Shown: positions 1 through 11,062, numbered from the stretch's first letter. The stretch is 64,000 bases of DNA from Halobacteriovoraceae bacterium (GCA_963719505.1 CAVRCF010000002.1:320001-384000), one strand, 5' to 3'. The notes: generated by a model from the letters alone, not told the origin. Numbers and translations: made by a program.

Positions 1-238
1 TAGGTCCTTAGGAATTCTTTCGAAAATGCCAAACTTAGCTAGTTTAGAAAGAGATCATAAGAAGGTCGAAAAACTTTTTGCCAGAGGCGTTGTTTCAATA
101 TCAATGACAATTGAATCCCATAGACAGCAGATTGAGTTTTTAAAATCAAGGTTTGAAACTGAGAATGATGTTTTGGATACTTATGGAAAAATAATATTAA
201 TAGATGGAAACATATCCGCTTTTGAGCAGTTGTTGTAA
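1..238 (+). CDS. 3' end of TolC/CzcC-like outer-membrane efflux protein (5' truncated by window)
   Basis: Frame is open from base 2. The helical C-terminus 'KLFARGVVSISMTIESHRQ' resembles the TolC repeat end, and the ORF lies directly upstream of czcA. Confidence 0.6.
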   Translation, partial: RSLGILSKMPNLASLERDHKKVEKLFARGVVSISMTIESHRQQIEFLKSRFETENDVLDTYGKIILIDGNISAFEQLL

Positions 239-249
239 AAGGAATAAAA

Positions 250-738
250 ATGAAACTAATCTGTAGCTTTTTAGTTTGTCTGTTTTATTCAAACTTTATT
301 TATGCAAAAGAAAATAAGCATATGAATTCGAATAATATTGAAAAACACGATGACCACGGAAAACACGATGATCATGGCGGTGGAAAGTCCATCGGAAAGG
401 GAAAAGCAATTGAGGCTGTTGATGAAGTTCTTGGATTTCGACTCTCAAAAGAAGCAATTGCAACTCTTGATATCAAACTAGAGGCAATTTCAGCTAAAGA
501 TCTCTCTATTCATAAAGAGACGCTTGTCACATTTAAATCAGTTAAAGGGATTTATCGGTTTAGGGATGGATATTTCAAGTTCTTGCAAGTAGCCCTTGTT
601 AAGAAAACTGGAGGGCGATTTCTGATAAGTATTCCAGATTTCGAATTTGGAGATCAAATTGTTACAAGTGGTGTTGATCTTTTAAGAATCTCAGACGTCT
701 ATTCAACAGATGAAACTGAATACGGACACTCTCATTAG
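250..738 (+). CDS. His-rich periplasmic protein, miniature CzcB/adaptor-like
   Basis: Signal peptide, HDDHGKHDDHG motif, a C-terminal segment like the membrane-proximal domain of an MFP (…GDQIVTSGVDLL) and a terminal HSH. Lies between the TolC-like gene and czcA. Confidence 0.6.
   Translation: MKLICSFLVCLFYSNFIYAKENKHMNSNNIEKHDDHGKHDDHGGGKSIGKGKAIEAVDEVLGFRLSKEAIATLDIKLEAISAKDLSIHKETLVTFKSVKGIYRFRDGYFKFLQVALVKKTGGRFLISIPDFEFGDQIVTSGVDLLRISDVYSTDETEYGHSH
343..378 (+). repeat. Imperfect 18-bp tandem duplication encoding KHDDHG twice
   Basis: aaacacgatgaccacgga / aaacacgatgatcatggc. Confidence 0.8.
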
Positions 739-747
739 GATTTTAAA

Positions 748-3700
748 ATGATAAATAAAGTAATAGAATTCTCAGTTAAAAGTAGGATGTTTGTTTTTAT
801 AATGACACTGCTACTTATTGTTTTAGGATATCAATCTTTTCAAACACTCTCTATTGATGCGGTACCTGATATCACAAACACTCAGGTACAGATCAATACC
901 CCAGTCAAAGGACTTGTTCCAGAAGAGATAGAGCGAATGGTGACATTCCCTATCGAATACTCAATGAATGGTATTCCTGGTGTTTTAACGATTCGGTCTA
1001 TTTCAAGGTTTGGTATTTCTCAAGTGACGATTATTTTTAAAGAGGATATTGCAATCCTTACTGCTCGCCAGCTTGTCAGTGAAAAACTGCAAAACCTCGA
1101 ACTTCCTCGGGGTGTGACTCCTGAGATGGGACCTATTAGCACTGGACTTGGCGAGATTTTTCATTACTCAATTTCAGCAAAAAAGGTAGAAGTCGATCCC
1201 GATAAACGATTAGTTCAGTTGATGGAGCTTAGGTCCTTACAAGACTGGTTTATAAAGCCAAGACTTCTTACGGTGAAAGGTGTAACAGAAGTCAACACTA
1301 TCGGTGGCTACGAAAAACAGTTCTTTATTCAACCAAATATTAAAAAAATGACTAATTTGGGGGTTCATTTCGATGACATAGAAAATGCTATAGAACAAAC
1401 TAATTTGAATGTTGGAGGCGGATATATACAGCAAACCGGTGAGCAACTCCTCATTCGAGGGGTAGGGCTATTAAAGAACTTTAGTGATATTGAAAATGTC
1501 GTTGTCAAAAGGCTTTCGGATTATAAAGTTATAAAAATCAAAGATATCGCTAAGGTAAAATTCGATAAGCAAATAAGAACTGGAGCCGCAACTGTAAATG
1601 GCGAGGAAAGTATTATAGGTACAGCCTTTATGCTTTTGGGTGAAAATAGTCGTACCGTTTCAAATGACGTTAACGAAAAACTAAAAGAGATTGGAAAGGA
1701 CTTGCCCTCTTGGGTTGAACTTAATGTTCTTTATAATCGATCTGATATGGTTGATGCTACTTTAGGAACAGTTCAACACAATCTTTTTATGGGAGCAGGT
1801 CTGGTTATTCTATTTCTACTCTTACTTGTTGGAAATCTTAGGGCTGCCATCATAACGTCGATTATAATACCAATTTCACTTCTGATAACATTCATTTTGA
1901 TGAAGTGGCAAAACGTATCAGGTAACCTTATGAGTCTAGGCGCTTTGGACTTTGGGATCATTGTTGATGGAGCTGTTATTGTTATTGAGAACTGTGTTCA
2001 TAAACTACAAAAAGAAGGCAAGCGAGCGGGAAGAGAATTAACAAGGCATGAGGTTAAAAAATATGTTACTGAAGCGGCAATTGAGATTCGATCTGCTGCA
2101 GGCTTTGGTGAACTTATTGTTATTATCGTTTTTGTTCCCCTCTTCGCTCTCACAGGTGTAGAAGGGAAAATGTTCGGACCTATGGCCCAGACATTTATTA
2201 TGGCTTTATGTTCAGCTCTTATCCTTTCTTTTACTCTCGTACCTGCTTTAGCTGCTACTTTTTTGAGTGGGAAGACAAGAGATAAAAAACCATATTTTAT
2301 GAATTTAGCACAGAAAGTCTTTTCTCCAGTTTTGGCAAAAGCCTTGGCCTTCAAAAGGGTTGTTTTAGGAATTGGCGTTGCTTCTATCATTGGTGGAGTC
2401 GTTCTTTTTTGTCAAATGGGATCTGAGTTTATTCCGCAATTAGATGAAGGAGATTTTGCCCTTCAATTCATAAGACCAGCTAATGTGAGCACTGAAAATT
2501 CTGTTAAGCTACAAAAGCTCTCGGAGAAAATTATCAGAGAATTTCCTCAAGTAAAAAATGTGTTTGCCAGAACTGGTGCCGCAGAGGTCGCAACAGATCC
2601 CATGGGAGTTAATATTTCAGACTCTTATGTTATGTTGTTCCCAAAAAAGAATTGGCCGGTTGATGAAAGAATCAAAACAAAAAAAGACTTAATAAAAGCT
2701 ATAAAAGAACGGATAGAGCTTCATGTTCCAGCACAAGTGCTTATGGTATCCCAACCTGTAGAACTTCGATTTAACGAACTTTTAGAGGGGACACGTGCCG
2801 ATGTATCCGTAAAAATATTTGGAGATGATCTGGATCAAATAATAGCCTACTCTAAACAAGTTGCAAATATTGTCGCTCAGATAGATGGAGCTGGAGAAGT
2901 TGAGTCAGAGTCTAAAGGTAAGTCTCCATTGCTTCAGTATACTCCAAAAATTGAAGAACTAGCTCAACTTGGTGTTACCGCAAGACCTGTCTTGGATGCT
3001 ATTAGTACGGCTATTGGGGGAAAAGAGATAGGGCATGTTTATGATGGTGTAAGAAGTTTTCCTATTGTCACAAGGCTATCTGAAGAAGAGAGAAAAGATG
3101 TCTTTACTATTAGTAAACTGCCAGTCGGAATTTCAAATGGATACACTGTTCCTATTGAACAAGTTGCTGACATAAGCTTTGTTGAAACCTTCACTGCGGT
3201 TGCTAGAGAAAATTCACAAAGACGAGTTGCCGTTTTAATAAATCCTGAAACAAGAGATATTGAGTCATTCGTCAACAAAGCAAAAGAGAAAGTTGAAAGC
3301 ACAATTAAGTTTCCTGAAGGTTATTATATTGAGTGGGGTGGAAGTTTTAAAAATCTTCAAAGTGCAAAAGAGAGATTATTTATCCTTGTGCCACTTGCTA
3401 TGCTTGTGATCATTGGGATGCTTTATGCTGCTTTCAAAAACTTTGCACAAGTCTTACTTATTTTTGCTTGTGCTCCTATGGCATTAATTGGAGGCGTCGT
3501 CTCTTTAAATCTTTTTGATATGCCATTTAGTATTTCTGCTGGAGTTGGGTTTATTGCTCTTTCCGGTATTAGTATTTTAAATGGGGTCGTACTCGTGACC
3601 TATTTTAACAGACTGATTGGAGATGGTAAGTCTCCAGATGATGTTGTTAAGGAGGGCGCCATGTCAAGATTAAGACCAGTTCTTATGACAGCACTCACGG

Positions 3701-3885
3701 ATATATTTGGTTTTCTTCCCATGATGTTTTCTTCAGGACTTGGTGCTGAGGTTCAAAAGCCTCTGGCAACGGTAGTTGTTGGTGGTATCTTTACCGCAAC
3801 AATTCTGACTTTAATTGTTATACCTAGTTTATATCGATTATTTATAAAATATATGCAACCTGATCTTGAGGAGATTAAAGAATGA
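748..3885 (+). CDS. czcA: CusA/CzcA family heavy-metal efflux RND transporter
   Basis: 1045 aa with IDAVPDITNTQVQ, GPISTGLGEI, SLGALDFGIIVDGAV and RLRPVLMTAL motifs. Confidence 0.95.
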   Translation: MINKVIEFSVKSRMFVFIMTLLLIVLGYQSFQTLSIDAVPDITNTQVQINTPVKGLVPEEIERMVTFPIEYSMNGIPGVLTIRSISRFGISQVTIIFKEDIAILTARQLVSEKLQNLELPRGVTPEMGPISTGLGEIFHYSISAKKVEVDPDKRLVQLMELRSLQDWFIKPRLLTVKGVTEVNTIGGYEKQFFIQPNIKKMTNLGVHFDDIENAIEQTNLNVGGGYIQQTGEQLLIRGVGLLKNFSDIENVVVKRLSDYKVIKIKDIAKVKFDKQIRTGAATVNGEESIIGTAFMLLGENSRTVSNDVNEKLKEIGKDLPSWVELNVLYNRSDMVDATLGTVQHNLFMGAGLVILFLLLLVGNLRAAIITSIIIPISLLITFILMKWQNVSGNLMSLGALDFGIIVDGAVIVIENCVHKLQKEGKRAGRELTRHEVKKYVTEAAIEIRSAAGFGELIVIIVFVPLFALTGVEGKMFGPMAQTFIMALCSALILSFTLVPALAATFLSGKTRDKKPYFMNLAQKVFSPVLAKALAFKRVVLGIGVASIIGGVVLFCQMGSEFIPQLDEGDFALQFIRPANVSTENSVKLQKLSEKIIREFPQVKNVFARTGAAEVATDPMGVNISDSYVMLFPKKNWPVDERIKTKKDLIKAIKERIELHVPAQVLMVSQPVELRFNELLEGTRADVSVKIFGDDLDQIIAYSKQVANIVAQIDGAGEVESESKGKSPLLQYTPKIEELAQLGVTARPVLDAISTAIGGKEIGHVYDGVRSFPIVTRLSEEERKDVFTISKLPVGISNGYTVPIEQVADISFVETFTAVARENSQRRVAVLINPETRDIESFVNKAKEKVESTIKFPEGYYIEWGGSFKNLQSAKERLFILVPLAMLVIIGMLYAAFKNFAQVLLIFACAPMALIGGVVSLNLFDMPFSISAGVGFIALSGISILNGVVLVTYFNRLIGDGKSPDDVVKEGAMSRLRPVLMTALTDIFGFLPMMFSSGLGAEVQKPLATVVVGGIFTATILTLIVIPSLYRLFIKYMQPDLEEIKE

Positions 3886-4211
3886 AAAACTTAGTATTAT
3901 TAATAGTTGGTATAATCTTAGGTGTCTCCTGCGCTCATCACCATAAAGAAGGAGCGCATCATCACCACAAGGCTTGCAAAGAAAGTTGTAAAGTGAACCA
4001 TGCAAAGGTTGATATGTTTAGTCGGTATTGCGCCCAGTCTATTTTAGAGGGGAAGTTGCACGTCAAAGGTGAGGAAGAGCTAAGTCTTAAACACGGAGGG
4101 CAAATCTATTATTTTTCAACTGAAGAAAAACGAGATAAATTTAAGGAAAACTTAGAATTGAATGCTATAAATGCTACAAAAATTTGGCATGAGGGCTCAG
4201 CGAGAAGGTAA
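3882..4211 (+). CDS. His-rich YHS-domain lipoprotein
   Basis: Lipobox GVSC, His tracts, and the YHS-like motif 'HGGQIYYFSTEEKRDKF'. ATGA overlap with czcA. Confidence 0.7.
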   Translation: MKNLVLLIVGIILGVSCAHHHKEGAHHHHKACKESCKVNHAKVDMFSRYCAQSILEGKLHVKGEEELSLKHGGQIYYFSTEEKRDKFKENLELNAINATKIWHEGSARR

Positions 4212-4214
4212 AAA

Positions 4215-5090
4215 ATGGGACATGACCATTCACATCATCATCATCAAGATTCAAAAAATATACTGGTGGCTTTTGCTTTAAATGCCACATTTTCAATTAT
4301 TGAATTGATTGGTGGATATTTAACCAATAGTGTCGCGATATATTCTGACGCTCTTCATGATTTTGGAGACAGTCTCTCTCTTTTGTTCGCATACTTTGCT
4401 GAAAAAATGAGTCATAAAAAGCCTGATGACAAATACACTTTCGGATATAGAAGGTTCTCTATTCTTTCAGCGCTTATTAATGGGATCATTTTGTTGGGTG
4501 GAAGTATCTTTGTCATTGTGGAAGCCGTTCAAAGAGTGATGAGTCCGGAGGTTGTGAAACCAGAAGGAATGCTCTGGTTGGCCATTCTTGGTATTGCCGT
4601 CAATGCCATTGCTGCTTATAGAATGTCAAAAAATACAGGGCTTAATACCAGAATGGTAATGTTACATCTTCTTGAAGACCTTTATGGATGGGTCGCGGTA
4701 CTTGGAGTTAGTATTGTTATCATGTATAAGCCATGGTATTTTTTAGACTCTCTTTTATCCATTTTTATCTCAGTTTTTATACTTCGTGGAGTCTATAAAA
4801 ATTTGATAAAGGTTGGAACAATTCTTTTGCAAAGATTCCCTGATGAAATAAAACTTGAATCTATTTTAGAGGAGATCTCACAATTTGAACTTGTTAATGA
4901 TATCCACGCCGTCAAGGGCTGGTCATTAGACAATGAAACGTTCTACCTACGATTTCATGTAAAGGTTCCAGACGATACTGTTATCGGTGTTCTCGATGAT
5001 CTAAAATTGAAAATCAAAAAGGTTTTAGTCTTTCATAGCGTGACGTTTTCAACAATTGAATTTGAAGCCGAGCACTGTGATCTGAAGTAG
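4215..5090 (+). CDS. czcD: Cation diffusion facilitator (CzcD/ZitB-like) transporter
   Basis: His-rich N-terminus, SDALHD, TFGYRR and HLLED motifs, about 6 TM segments. Confidence 0.9.
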   Translation: MGHDHSHHHHQDSKNILVAFALNATFSIIELIGGYLTNSVAIYSDALHDFGDSLSLLFAYFAEKMSHKKPDDKYTFGYRRFSILSALINGIILLGGSIFVIVEAVQRVMSPEVVKPEGMLWLAILGIAVNAIAAYRMSKNTGLNTRMVMLHLLEDLYGWVAVLGVSIVIMYKPWYFLDSLLSIFISVFILRGVYKNLIKVGTILLQRFPDEIKLESILEEISQFELVNDIHAVKGWSLDNETFYLRFHVKVPDDTVIGVLDDLKLKIKKVLVFHSVTFSTIEFEAEHCDLK

Positions 5091-5177
5091 AAGGCTTATC
5101 CCTATTTACGAAATTTAGATTTTTAATCTCTTCATAAATTGTTCCTTCTGGGATAAAGTTTAAAGCTAGGAGCAAAC

Positions 5178-5714
5178 ATGAAAAGACTAACACTTATCAA
5201 GATCCATCTTTATTTTTCAGGCATAACTCTTATTTTTTTAGCACTAATGGCTCTTTCAGGTTCTCTGCATTTACTAACTGGTGATGAGTCTGAGGCGGTA
5301 AAGTGGATTAAGACGACCAAAGTTTCATCTCCTTTTGATAAGGAGGCTTTAACCAAATTATTTGAGTCCGAGTTAAAAAATATTGATTCTGAGTATCGCT
5401 ATGATTATATTAAGGGGTCTAGTTCTTCCCAAACGAGTCGTCCGACAACCAGAAAGTATTACACAATAGATTTAAAAGACTCTACCGCAATTATCAAAGA
5501 GCATAGTCCTTCTCTAAATAAACGTTTAATGGAACTTCATAAAGGCCATGGACCACGCTCCTCTAGGAATGTCCTTGGTGTTTTGGGAATCTTTGTCATC
5601 GGTGCAGTTCTAAGTGGACTTTGGTTAGGTCTAAGTTCAAAGGCTTTTAGGAAAGTAACCTTGGCGACGATGTTAAGTGGGGCATTCGTTTACCTTTTGT
5701 TGTTTTATCTCTGA
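5178..5714 (+). CDS. PepSY-associated TM helix protein
   Basis: KIHLYFS and LMELHKG His motifs plus SGLWL; 3 TM segments. Confidence 0.7.
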   Translation: MKRLTLIKIHLYFSGITLIFLALMALSGSLHLLTGDESEAVKWIKTTKVSSPFDKEALTKLFESELKNIDSEYRYDYIKGSSSSQTSRPTTRKYYTIDLKDSTAIIKEHSPSLNKRLMELHKGHGPRSSRNVLGVLGIFVIGAVLSGLWLGLSSKAFRKVTLATMLSGAFVYLLLFYL

Positions 5715-6121
5715 TGAGTATGATTGTTTATAAAAACGAGCTTTCTAAAACTGATCTCATTGATGGTTTTTTCGTCGGGTGGCCTAATCCTCCGTCTGTG
5801 GAGATCTTCCAAAAAATTTTAGCCGGTAGTTATCACTATATTTTGGCGCTTGATGAAGATCGGGTCGTGGGGTTTATCACAGCTGTCTCTGATGGTGTTC
5901 TAAGTGCTTATATTCCACTTTTAGAGGTGCTCCCAGCATATCAATCCCAAGGAATAGGCAGAGAACTTTTCAGGAGAATGAAAGTACAGCTTGATCATCT
6001 CTATATGATCGATCTTCTTTGCGATCCAGATCTTATTTCATATTATGAGAAATTAGGAATGACAAAAGCCTTCGGTGTCATGGTGAGAAACTATGATCGA
6101 CAAAATGGAGAGGCATATTGA
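5714..6121 (+). CDS. GNAT family N-acetyltransferase
   Basis: Acetyl-CoA motif VLPAYQSQGIG; YYEKLG. Confidence 0.9.
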   Translation: MSMIVYKNELSKTDLIDGFFVGWPNPPSVEIFQKILAGSYHYILALDEDRVVGFITAVSDGVLSAYIPLLEVLPAYQSQGIGRELFRRMKVQLDHLYMIDLLCDPDLISYYEKLGMTKAFGVMVRNYDRQNGEAY

Positions 6122-6277
6122 GAATATATATCACTGGAGCTAGAGAAGACGCAACACCAGCTCTTAGTCTATCACTTTGCAAAAAATGAAATAATTTTTT
6201 CACTTGTCGTAACAAAAGATTGAAAAATTGAAAAGCCCCTCGGTAGAGAAGCTACTCACAAAGATATTTTAATGTTT

Positions 6278-6715
6278 TTAAAGCTGTAAGTCTTCAGTTG
6301 ACCACTGGTTCTCTTTAAACTTAATATACGACAGTCTTAGCTTTAAAGATTTTTGAACCGTTGTAAGAAGAGTGATTCCACTTTTTAGAACATCAGTGAT
6401 TTTCTGATTGTGTTTATATTTTTTCATACTGTGAGAGATGTACTCAATCGTTCTATGAGTATTTAAGTAAACCAGTTCTATATTCTTTTTGCTTTTGTTT
6501 AGATTTTTAAGCAAGTTTTTTCTCTTTTTTCTATCAGCATCACCCAGTTTGAAACCTTTTGTTGTATTTTCTTTAATCATATCTTTAAAAAGGACTTTCG
6601 TTCTAACCATTTTTGCTATTTCAGACATAAATTTAACATCTGAAGTTGCAGTCGTATCTTTTGCATACGAGTAATTACATAAAAGTGTGAAAAGAAGTAA
6701 AAAAGTGAATTTCAT
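6278..6715 (-). CDS. Secreted helical hypothetical protein
   Basis: Signal peptide ending in SYA; SD (aagga) upstream. Confidence 0.7.
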   Translation of the reverse strand: MKFTFLLLFTLLCNYSYAKDTTATSDVKFMSEIAKMVRTKVLFKDMIKENTTKGFKLGDADRKKRKNLLKNLNKSKKNIELVYLNTHRTIEYISHSMKKYKHNQKITDVLKSGITLLTTVQKSLKLRLSYIKFKENQWSTEDLQL

Positions 6716-6813
6716 TGAGAATCCTTTACAGTGTCTAATCTTTCAACATTTTTATTGTTTAAAGTGCTGAAAATTCATTATGTTTTTGTTAGAGGTCTTG
6801 TCAGGGTGTGTTC

Positions 6814-7731
6814 TTAAAATCTCCAAGCAAGTATATGACTTATCTTTTGCCCATGGTTCATCTCAATTGTTCGGATCTCTACTTTTTCTTGATATTCAAG
6901 TTCTTTATAAAGAGCTTTTAAGTGAGCTTTATTTGAAACAAGACAGGTGAACCAATTACATTGTTCTTTGAATCTCTCACTTTCTTTAATCATTTTTTTG
7001 ATTAAAGCGAGCTCACCGCCTTGGCACCATAGTTCGTCTTTGACTCCACCAAAGTTTGACAATTTCTTTTGATCCTCAGCATGTCCCTTTTTCTTTTTAT
7101 TGATATTAAGGTTTTTAATCTTGCGGGCCGAGTTTCTTTTCGCTTCCTCTAGGGAGGAGTAAAAGGGAGGGTTGCAAATTGTAAAATCAAAGTATTCTTC
7201 AAACTTGATGATACCTTGAAAAAAATGATGATCAGAGTCCTGAAATCTGAGTTTGATATTTTTTTTATGAGTCGGATTAGAATCTAGAATTTTGTTGGCA
7301 TGGTTGATTGAATGTGAGTTTATATCGCTTCCAACAAATTTCCATCCATAGATACTTTTTCCTAATATCGGATAAATACAGCTGGCTCCAGCTCCTATAT
7401 CGAGCCCTTTTACTTTGGGTCCCACAGGAATATCTCCATCGTGTTCCTCTGATAAAAGGTCAGCAATATAGTGAATATAATCTGCTCTTCCCGGTACTGG
7501 AGGACAAAGGTTTCCGTTTGGTATACTCCAGTCTTTTATAGCGTACTGATGGATCAAAAGAGCTTGATTTAAACACAGTACAGCTTTAGGGTCGGAGTAG
7601 TCTATACTTTGAGTTTGATACTGGTTTTCTTTAACAAAGGTTGAGAGCTTAGGGTGTGAGGCCATAAGTTCTTTAAAGTCATAGTCTTCTTTATAAATAT
7701 TTCTTGGGTGAAACCCCTTATCTTTTTCCAT
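6814..7731 (-). CDS. rlmF: 23S rRNA m6A1618 methyltransferase
   Basis: HPRN, LCPPVPGRADYIH, LDIGAGASCIYP and CNPPF motifs. Confidence 0.95.
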   Translation of the reverse strand: MEKDKGFHPRNIYKEDYDFKELMASHPKLSTFVKENQYQTQSIDYSDPKAVLCLNQALLIHQYAIKDWSIPNGNLCPPVPGRADYIHYIADLLSEEHDGDIPVGPKVKGLDIGAGASCIYPILGKSIYGWKFVGSDINSHSINHANKILDSNPTHKKNIKLRFQDSDHHFFQGIIKFEEYFDFTICNPPFYSSLEEAKRNSARKIKNLNINKKKKGHAEDQKKLSNFGGVKDELWCQGGELALIKKMIKESERFKEQCNWFTCLVSNKAHLKALYKELEYQEKVEIRTIEMNHGQKISHILAWRF

Positions 7732-7817
7732 AATATTCTTCTTACCTCAGTTCACTTCAGAAGATAAGCTTTTTAGATTTTTAAATTGGAAAGAAGATTA
7801 AAAAGGGTTAATCTTTA

Positions 7818-8660
7818 ATGAAGATGGCAGATTCAAATATTAAAATTCATGTGAAAAATAGTAAACAACCCTTTGCGCGTGATGTTTAATTCTTTTTAAT
7901 GTCAAAGAGTTGGACAAAGGTCTTTTTGATCATCTATTTTGCTTTCATTTTGATAAATGTTTTATTTGGCTCAATTTACTTTCTCTTACCAAATTCCTTA
8001 ACACTAGAAAACCCAAGTTGGTGGGATTGTTTCTTTTTCAGTATTCAAACTCTTTCAACTATAGGTTACGGGACGATCTCTCCGCTGAGTTTTGATGCCA
8101 ACCTGGTAGTGAGTATTGAGTCGGGACTAGGTCTCATCTTTACCGCACTTGTTACGGGAATTGTTTTTTCAAAGTTTTCAAGGCCATCTGCAAAGATAAC
8201 ATTTTCAAAGCCAGTTCTTATCAATAATCATGATGGAAAGAGAGTGCTAACCTTTAGAGTGGGCAATATTCGAGGAAATGATATCGTTGATGCCTCTATC
8301 AAGGTTTCAGCTCTGATAGAAGAAAAGAGCGCCGAGGGCACAAAGCTTAGAAGAATAAGAGAGCTAAAACTAGAGAGATCTCATTCTCCATTTTTTTCGC
8401 TCTCTTGGGTTCTTTTTCATCCGATAGATGAACATTCACCTATTTTTGATCTCGTCGGTTCTGACTCCATTGATCCTAAACTCTTTTCTATCGCCTGCCT
8501 TTTGACGGGACACGATGGAAATTATTCCCAAACTATATATGCAAGACATTCATATTACGGTGAAGACTTTGTGTTTGATCGCTATTTTGCTGACGTTTTA
8601 ACAAACCTACCTGATAGAGTCATTGAAATCGACTTTATGCATTTTGATGATCTTCGATAA
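7818..8660 (+). CDS. KirBac-type inward-rectifier K+ channel. In-frame TAA at 7887-7889 interrupts the N-terminus; the intact ORF runs 7899-8660.
   Basis: Filter TIGYG, FFFSIQT and FSRP motifs, cytoplasmic Kir domain. The upstream in-frame ATG at 7818 gives slide-helix-like 'ARDV*FFLMSKSW', where * sits at the usual Tyr. Confidence 0.85.
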
Positions 8661-8665
8661 TTTGA

Positions 8666-10009
8666 TTACCTTTTATTTGCATAGAGCTTAGATCGCTTTA
8701 GAATATTGTAGTAATTTCTGATTCGATTTACATAGAGGACAGGTTCAAGGCCTCTGGCATAGCCGTGGGGCAGTCTTTTATAAATTTTTCTAGAAGAGAG
8801 CAAAGGCAGAACCTTTTTTACTCCAGACCAACTGTTTGGATTTTTATTCTTCCAAGCCGCGACACCTCTTGCATCTCTGAGATGAGCAAAACCTACATTG
8901 TATGCTGCCAGTGTCATCCATTTTCGATTGGTGCCAGTGATATAACTAGGTATTCTTTTTTCAAGATGGTTTAGATATTTAGCCCCTCCCCAAATACTCT
9001 GTACTGGATCAAGTCGATTTTTGACACCCATATATTTTGCTGTGCTAAGAGTTAGCATCATAAAGCCCCTGACTCCTGTTGGGCTTATCGACTTAGGATC
9101 CCAGTGAGATTCTTGATAGGCAATGGCCGCTAAGAGCGTCCAGCTCCATCCAAACTGTGCTGCCGCTTTTTTAAGATGAACTTCGTATGCGGGAAGGCGA
9201 GTTTTAATTCTTTTTCTAAACTTCTTTAAATCATAGGAATCAAAATCTTTCACAAATGAGAAATAGTTTTCTTTTAGAGAAGGAAGTTTATTTTTTCTAA
9301 TTGTTTTAAACCACGTCTGCATTTTCTCTTTGAGTTGGGTGGCTTCACTTGGCAATGCCCAGGCTATAGACTCTTCGCTTCCCAGTTTCATTGGAACATT
9401 GATATCCGGAAAGTAGCGCCTGTAAATTTGAACAATTTCCTCGTCGGCAACTGTACATTGATATTCGCCTTTCGCTACCGCTTGAATAAGCTCAGGGCCA
9501 GTTTTGCTTTGAACTTCCTCCCAACTAAGACCCTGATATTCTTCTTGTAGTTTTTTAAGTCTTTGAGCGTAGCTTGTCTGGGCCCCCACAACAATTTCAT
9601 ATTTTTGTAGTTCATTGAGGTTCTTTGGATTTATTGTTGGTCCACAAACTAAGTTTTGTTGCGTTTTGTGATATTCAGGTCCAAATAGAAAAACTTCCTC
9701 TCTCGACTTTGTGATAGAAATCCCAGCGGCGACGAAATCTCCTTTACCTAGTTTGAGATCATCCAAGGCTTGAGAGACAGAGTTTCTGACAATATATTTT
9801 ACCTTGAGGTTTTCATGCTCGGCAAAGGATTGAACAAGATCATGTTCAAAACCTTTTATCGTTCCATCTCGATCCTCATAGCGAGTCGTTTCTGAATTGA
9901 TAGTAATAACTTTTAAAGTTTTAGATTTTTTAATCTTCTCGAAGGAGCGCATTCCTGAGTCACAGCTAGTAATAAAAATAAAAAGAGTAATATAGATAAA
10001 ATTTTTCAT
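8666..10009 (-). CDS. mltF: Membrane-bound lytic murein transglycosylase F
   Basis: Lipoprotein signal (MKNF…ITSC), SBP domain, and SLT motifs AYQESHW, GFMML, AAYNVG, GYARG. Confidence 0.9.
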   Translation of the reverse strand: MKNFIYITLFIFITSCDSGMRSFEKIKKSKTLKVITINSETTRYEDRDGTIKGFEHDLVQSFAEHENLKVKYIVRNSVSQALDDLKLGKGDFVAAGISITKSREEVFLFGPEYHKTQQNLVCGPTINPKNLNELQKYEIVVGAQTSYAQRLKKLQEEYQGLSWEEVQSKTGPELIQAVAKGEYQCTVADEEIVQIYRRYFPDINVPMKLGSEESIAWALPSEATQLKEKMQTWFKTIRKNKLPSLKENYFSFVKDFDSYDLKKFRKRIKTRLPAYEVHLKKAAAQFGWSWTLLAAIAYQESHWDPKSISPTGVRGFMMLTLSTAKYMGVKNRLDPVQSIWGGAKYLNHLEKRIPSYITGTNRKWMTLAAYNVGFAHLRDARGVAAWKNKNPNSWSGVKKVLPLLSSRKIYKRLPHGYARGLEPVLYVNRIRNYYNILKRSKLYANKR

Positions 10010-10081
10010 ACTTGACCCTAGCAAATGTAGAGCCATAGTTAAAGCTCACTCTCTATACAATTTCTGAGCAAATAGGGGCAC

Positions 10082-11062
10082 TTATAGATCCAGCTGCGAT
10101 AGAGCTTTTAATGATTCGATCTTCTTTGCATTGTCAAAGATCGAAGTCACAACCATTAATTCATCTGCTTGAGTTTCATGAATAAACTCTTTTAACTCGC
10201 TTTCCACTTTTTCTTTAGTTCCGATAAAAGAGTATTTTAGCATATGCTCGGCCATCATTTTTTCACTTGGGTCCCAGTAACTATCGATATCTTTAAGAGG
10301 TGGCTGGAATTTCTTTTTCACACCTCTTCTTAAATTTGCAAAACTTTGTTTCTGACTGGTGGAAAGAAATTCAGCTTCTTCATTTGTTTTGGCTATGATG
10401 ACATTAACACCGAGAGTGACATAAGGCTTTTTTTGTTGGAAAGAAGGCTTGAAGTTATTTCTATAAAGTTCAATGGCATCAAAAATCGAGTCAGGGGCAA
10501 AGTGTGACGCAAAGGCATACGGAAGGCCGTAAAAGGCTGCAAGTTGCGCTCCAAAGGTACTCGAGCCTAAAATCCAAAGGGGGACTTCTAGACCTGAACC
10601 GGGATGAGCTTGGATAGAAGAATCCTTATTCTCTTTTGAAAAATAATGTTGTAGCTCTTTCACGTCTTCTGGAAATCTATTTGAACTATCGATATCTGTT
10701 CTTAGGGCTTGTAGGGTTTTTCTATCGGTCCCTGGTGCTCTTCCAAGGCCCAAATCAATTCTTCCCGGATAAAGAGATTCTAGAGTTCCAAATTGTTCTG
10801 CAATGACAAGGGGCGAATGATTTGGCAACATGATGCCTCCAGCTCCAAGTCTTATTTTTTTTGTTCCCGCTGCGAGAAAACCAATAACGACACTGGTCGC
10901 AGCGCTAGCAATAGCTTGCATATTATGGTGTTCAGCGACCCATATTCTATTATAACCATACTCTTCAGCTTTAATCGCAGTCTTTAGACTATTATTTAAA
11001 GCATCAGTGGCGGTTTGACCTTCATTGACGAAGACAAGATCTAGAATGGATAGCTTTGTCAT
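10082..11062 (-). CDS. LLM-class (luciferase-like) flavin-dependent oxidoreductase, YhbW-like
   Basis: [22 protein letters not shown] and GLGRAPG motifs. Confidence 0.92.
   Translation of the reverse strand: MTKLSILDLVFVNEGQTATDALNNSLKTAIKAEEYGYNRIWVAEHHNMQAIASAATSVVIGFLAAGTKKIRLGAGGIMLPNHSPLVIAEQFGTLESLYPGRIDLGLGRAPGTDRKTLQALRTDIDSSNRFPEDVKELQHYFSKENKDSSIQAHPGSGLEVPLWILGSSTFGAQLAAFYGLPYAFASHFAPDSIFDAIELYRNNFKPSFQQKKPYVTLGVNVIIAKTNEEAEFLSTSQKQSFANLRRGVKKKFQPPLKDIDSYWDPSEKMMAEHMLKYSFIGTKEKVESELKEFIHETQADELMVVTSIFDNAKKIESLKALSQLDL

Noticed and set aside
6118-6189. Short ORF 'MRIYITGAREDAT…' resembling the start of a P-loop/Rossmann protein
   Set aside because: Only 23 codons with a degenerate motif; at most a gene remnant.
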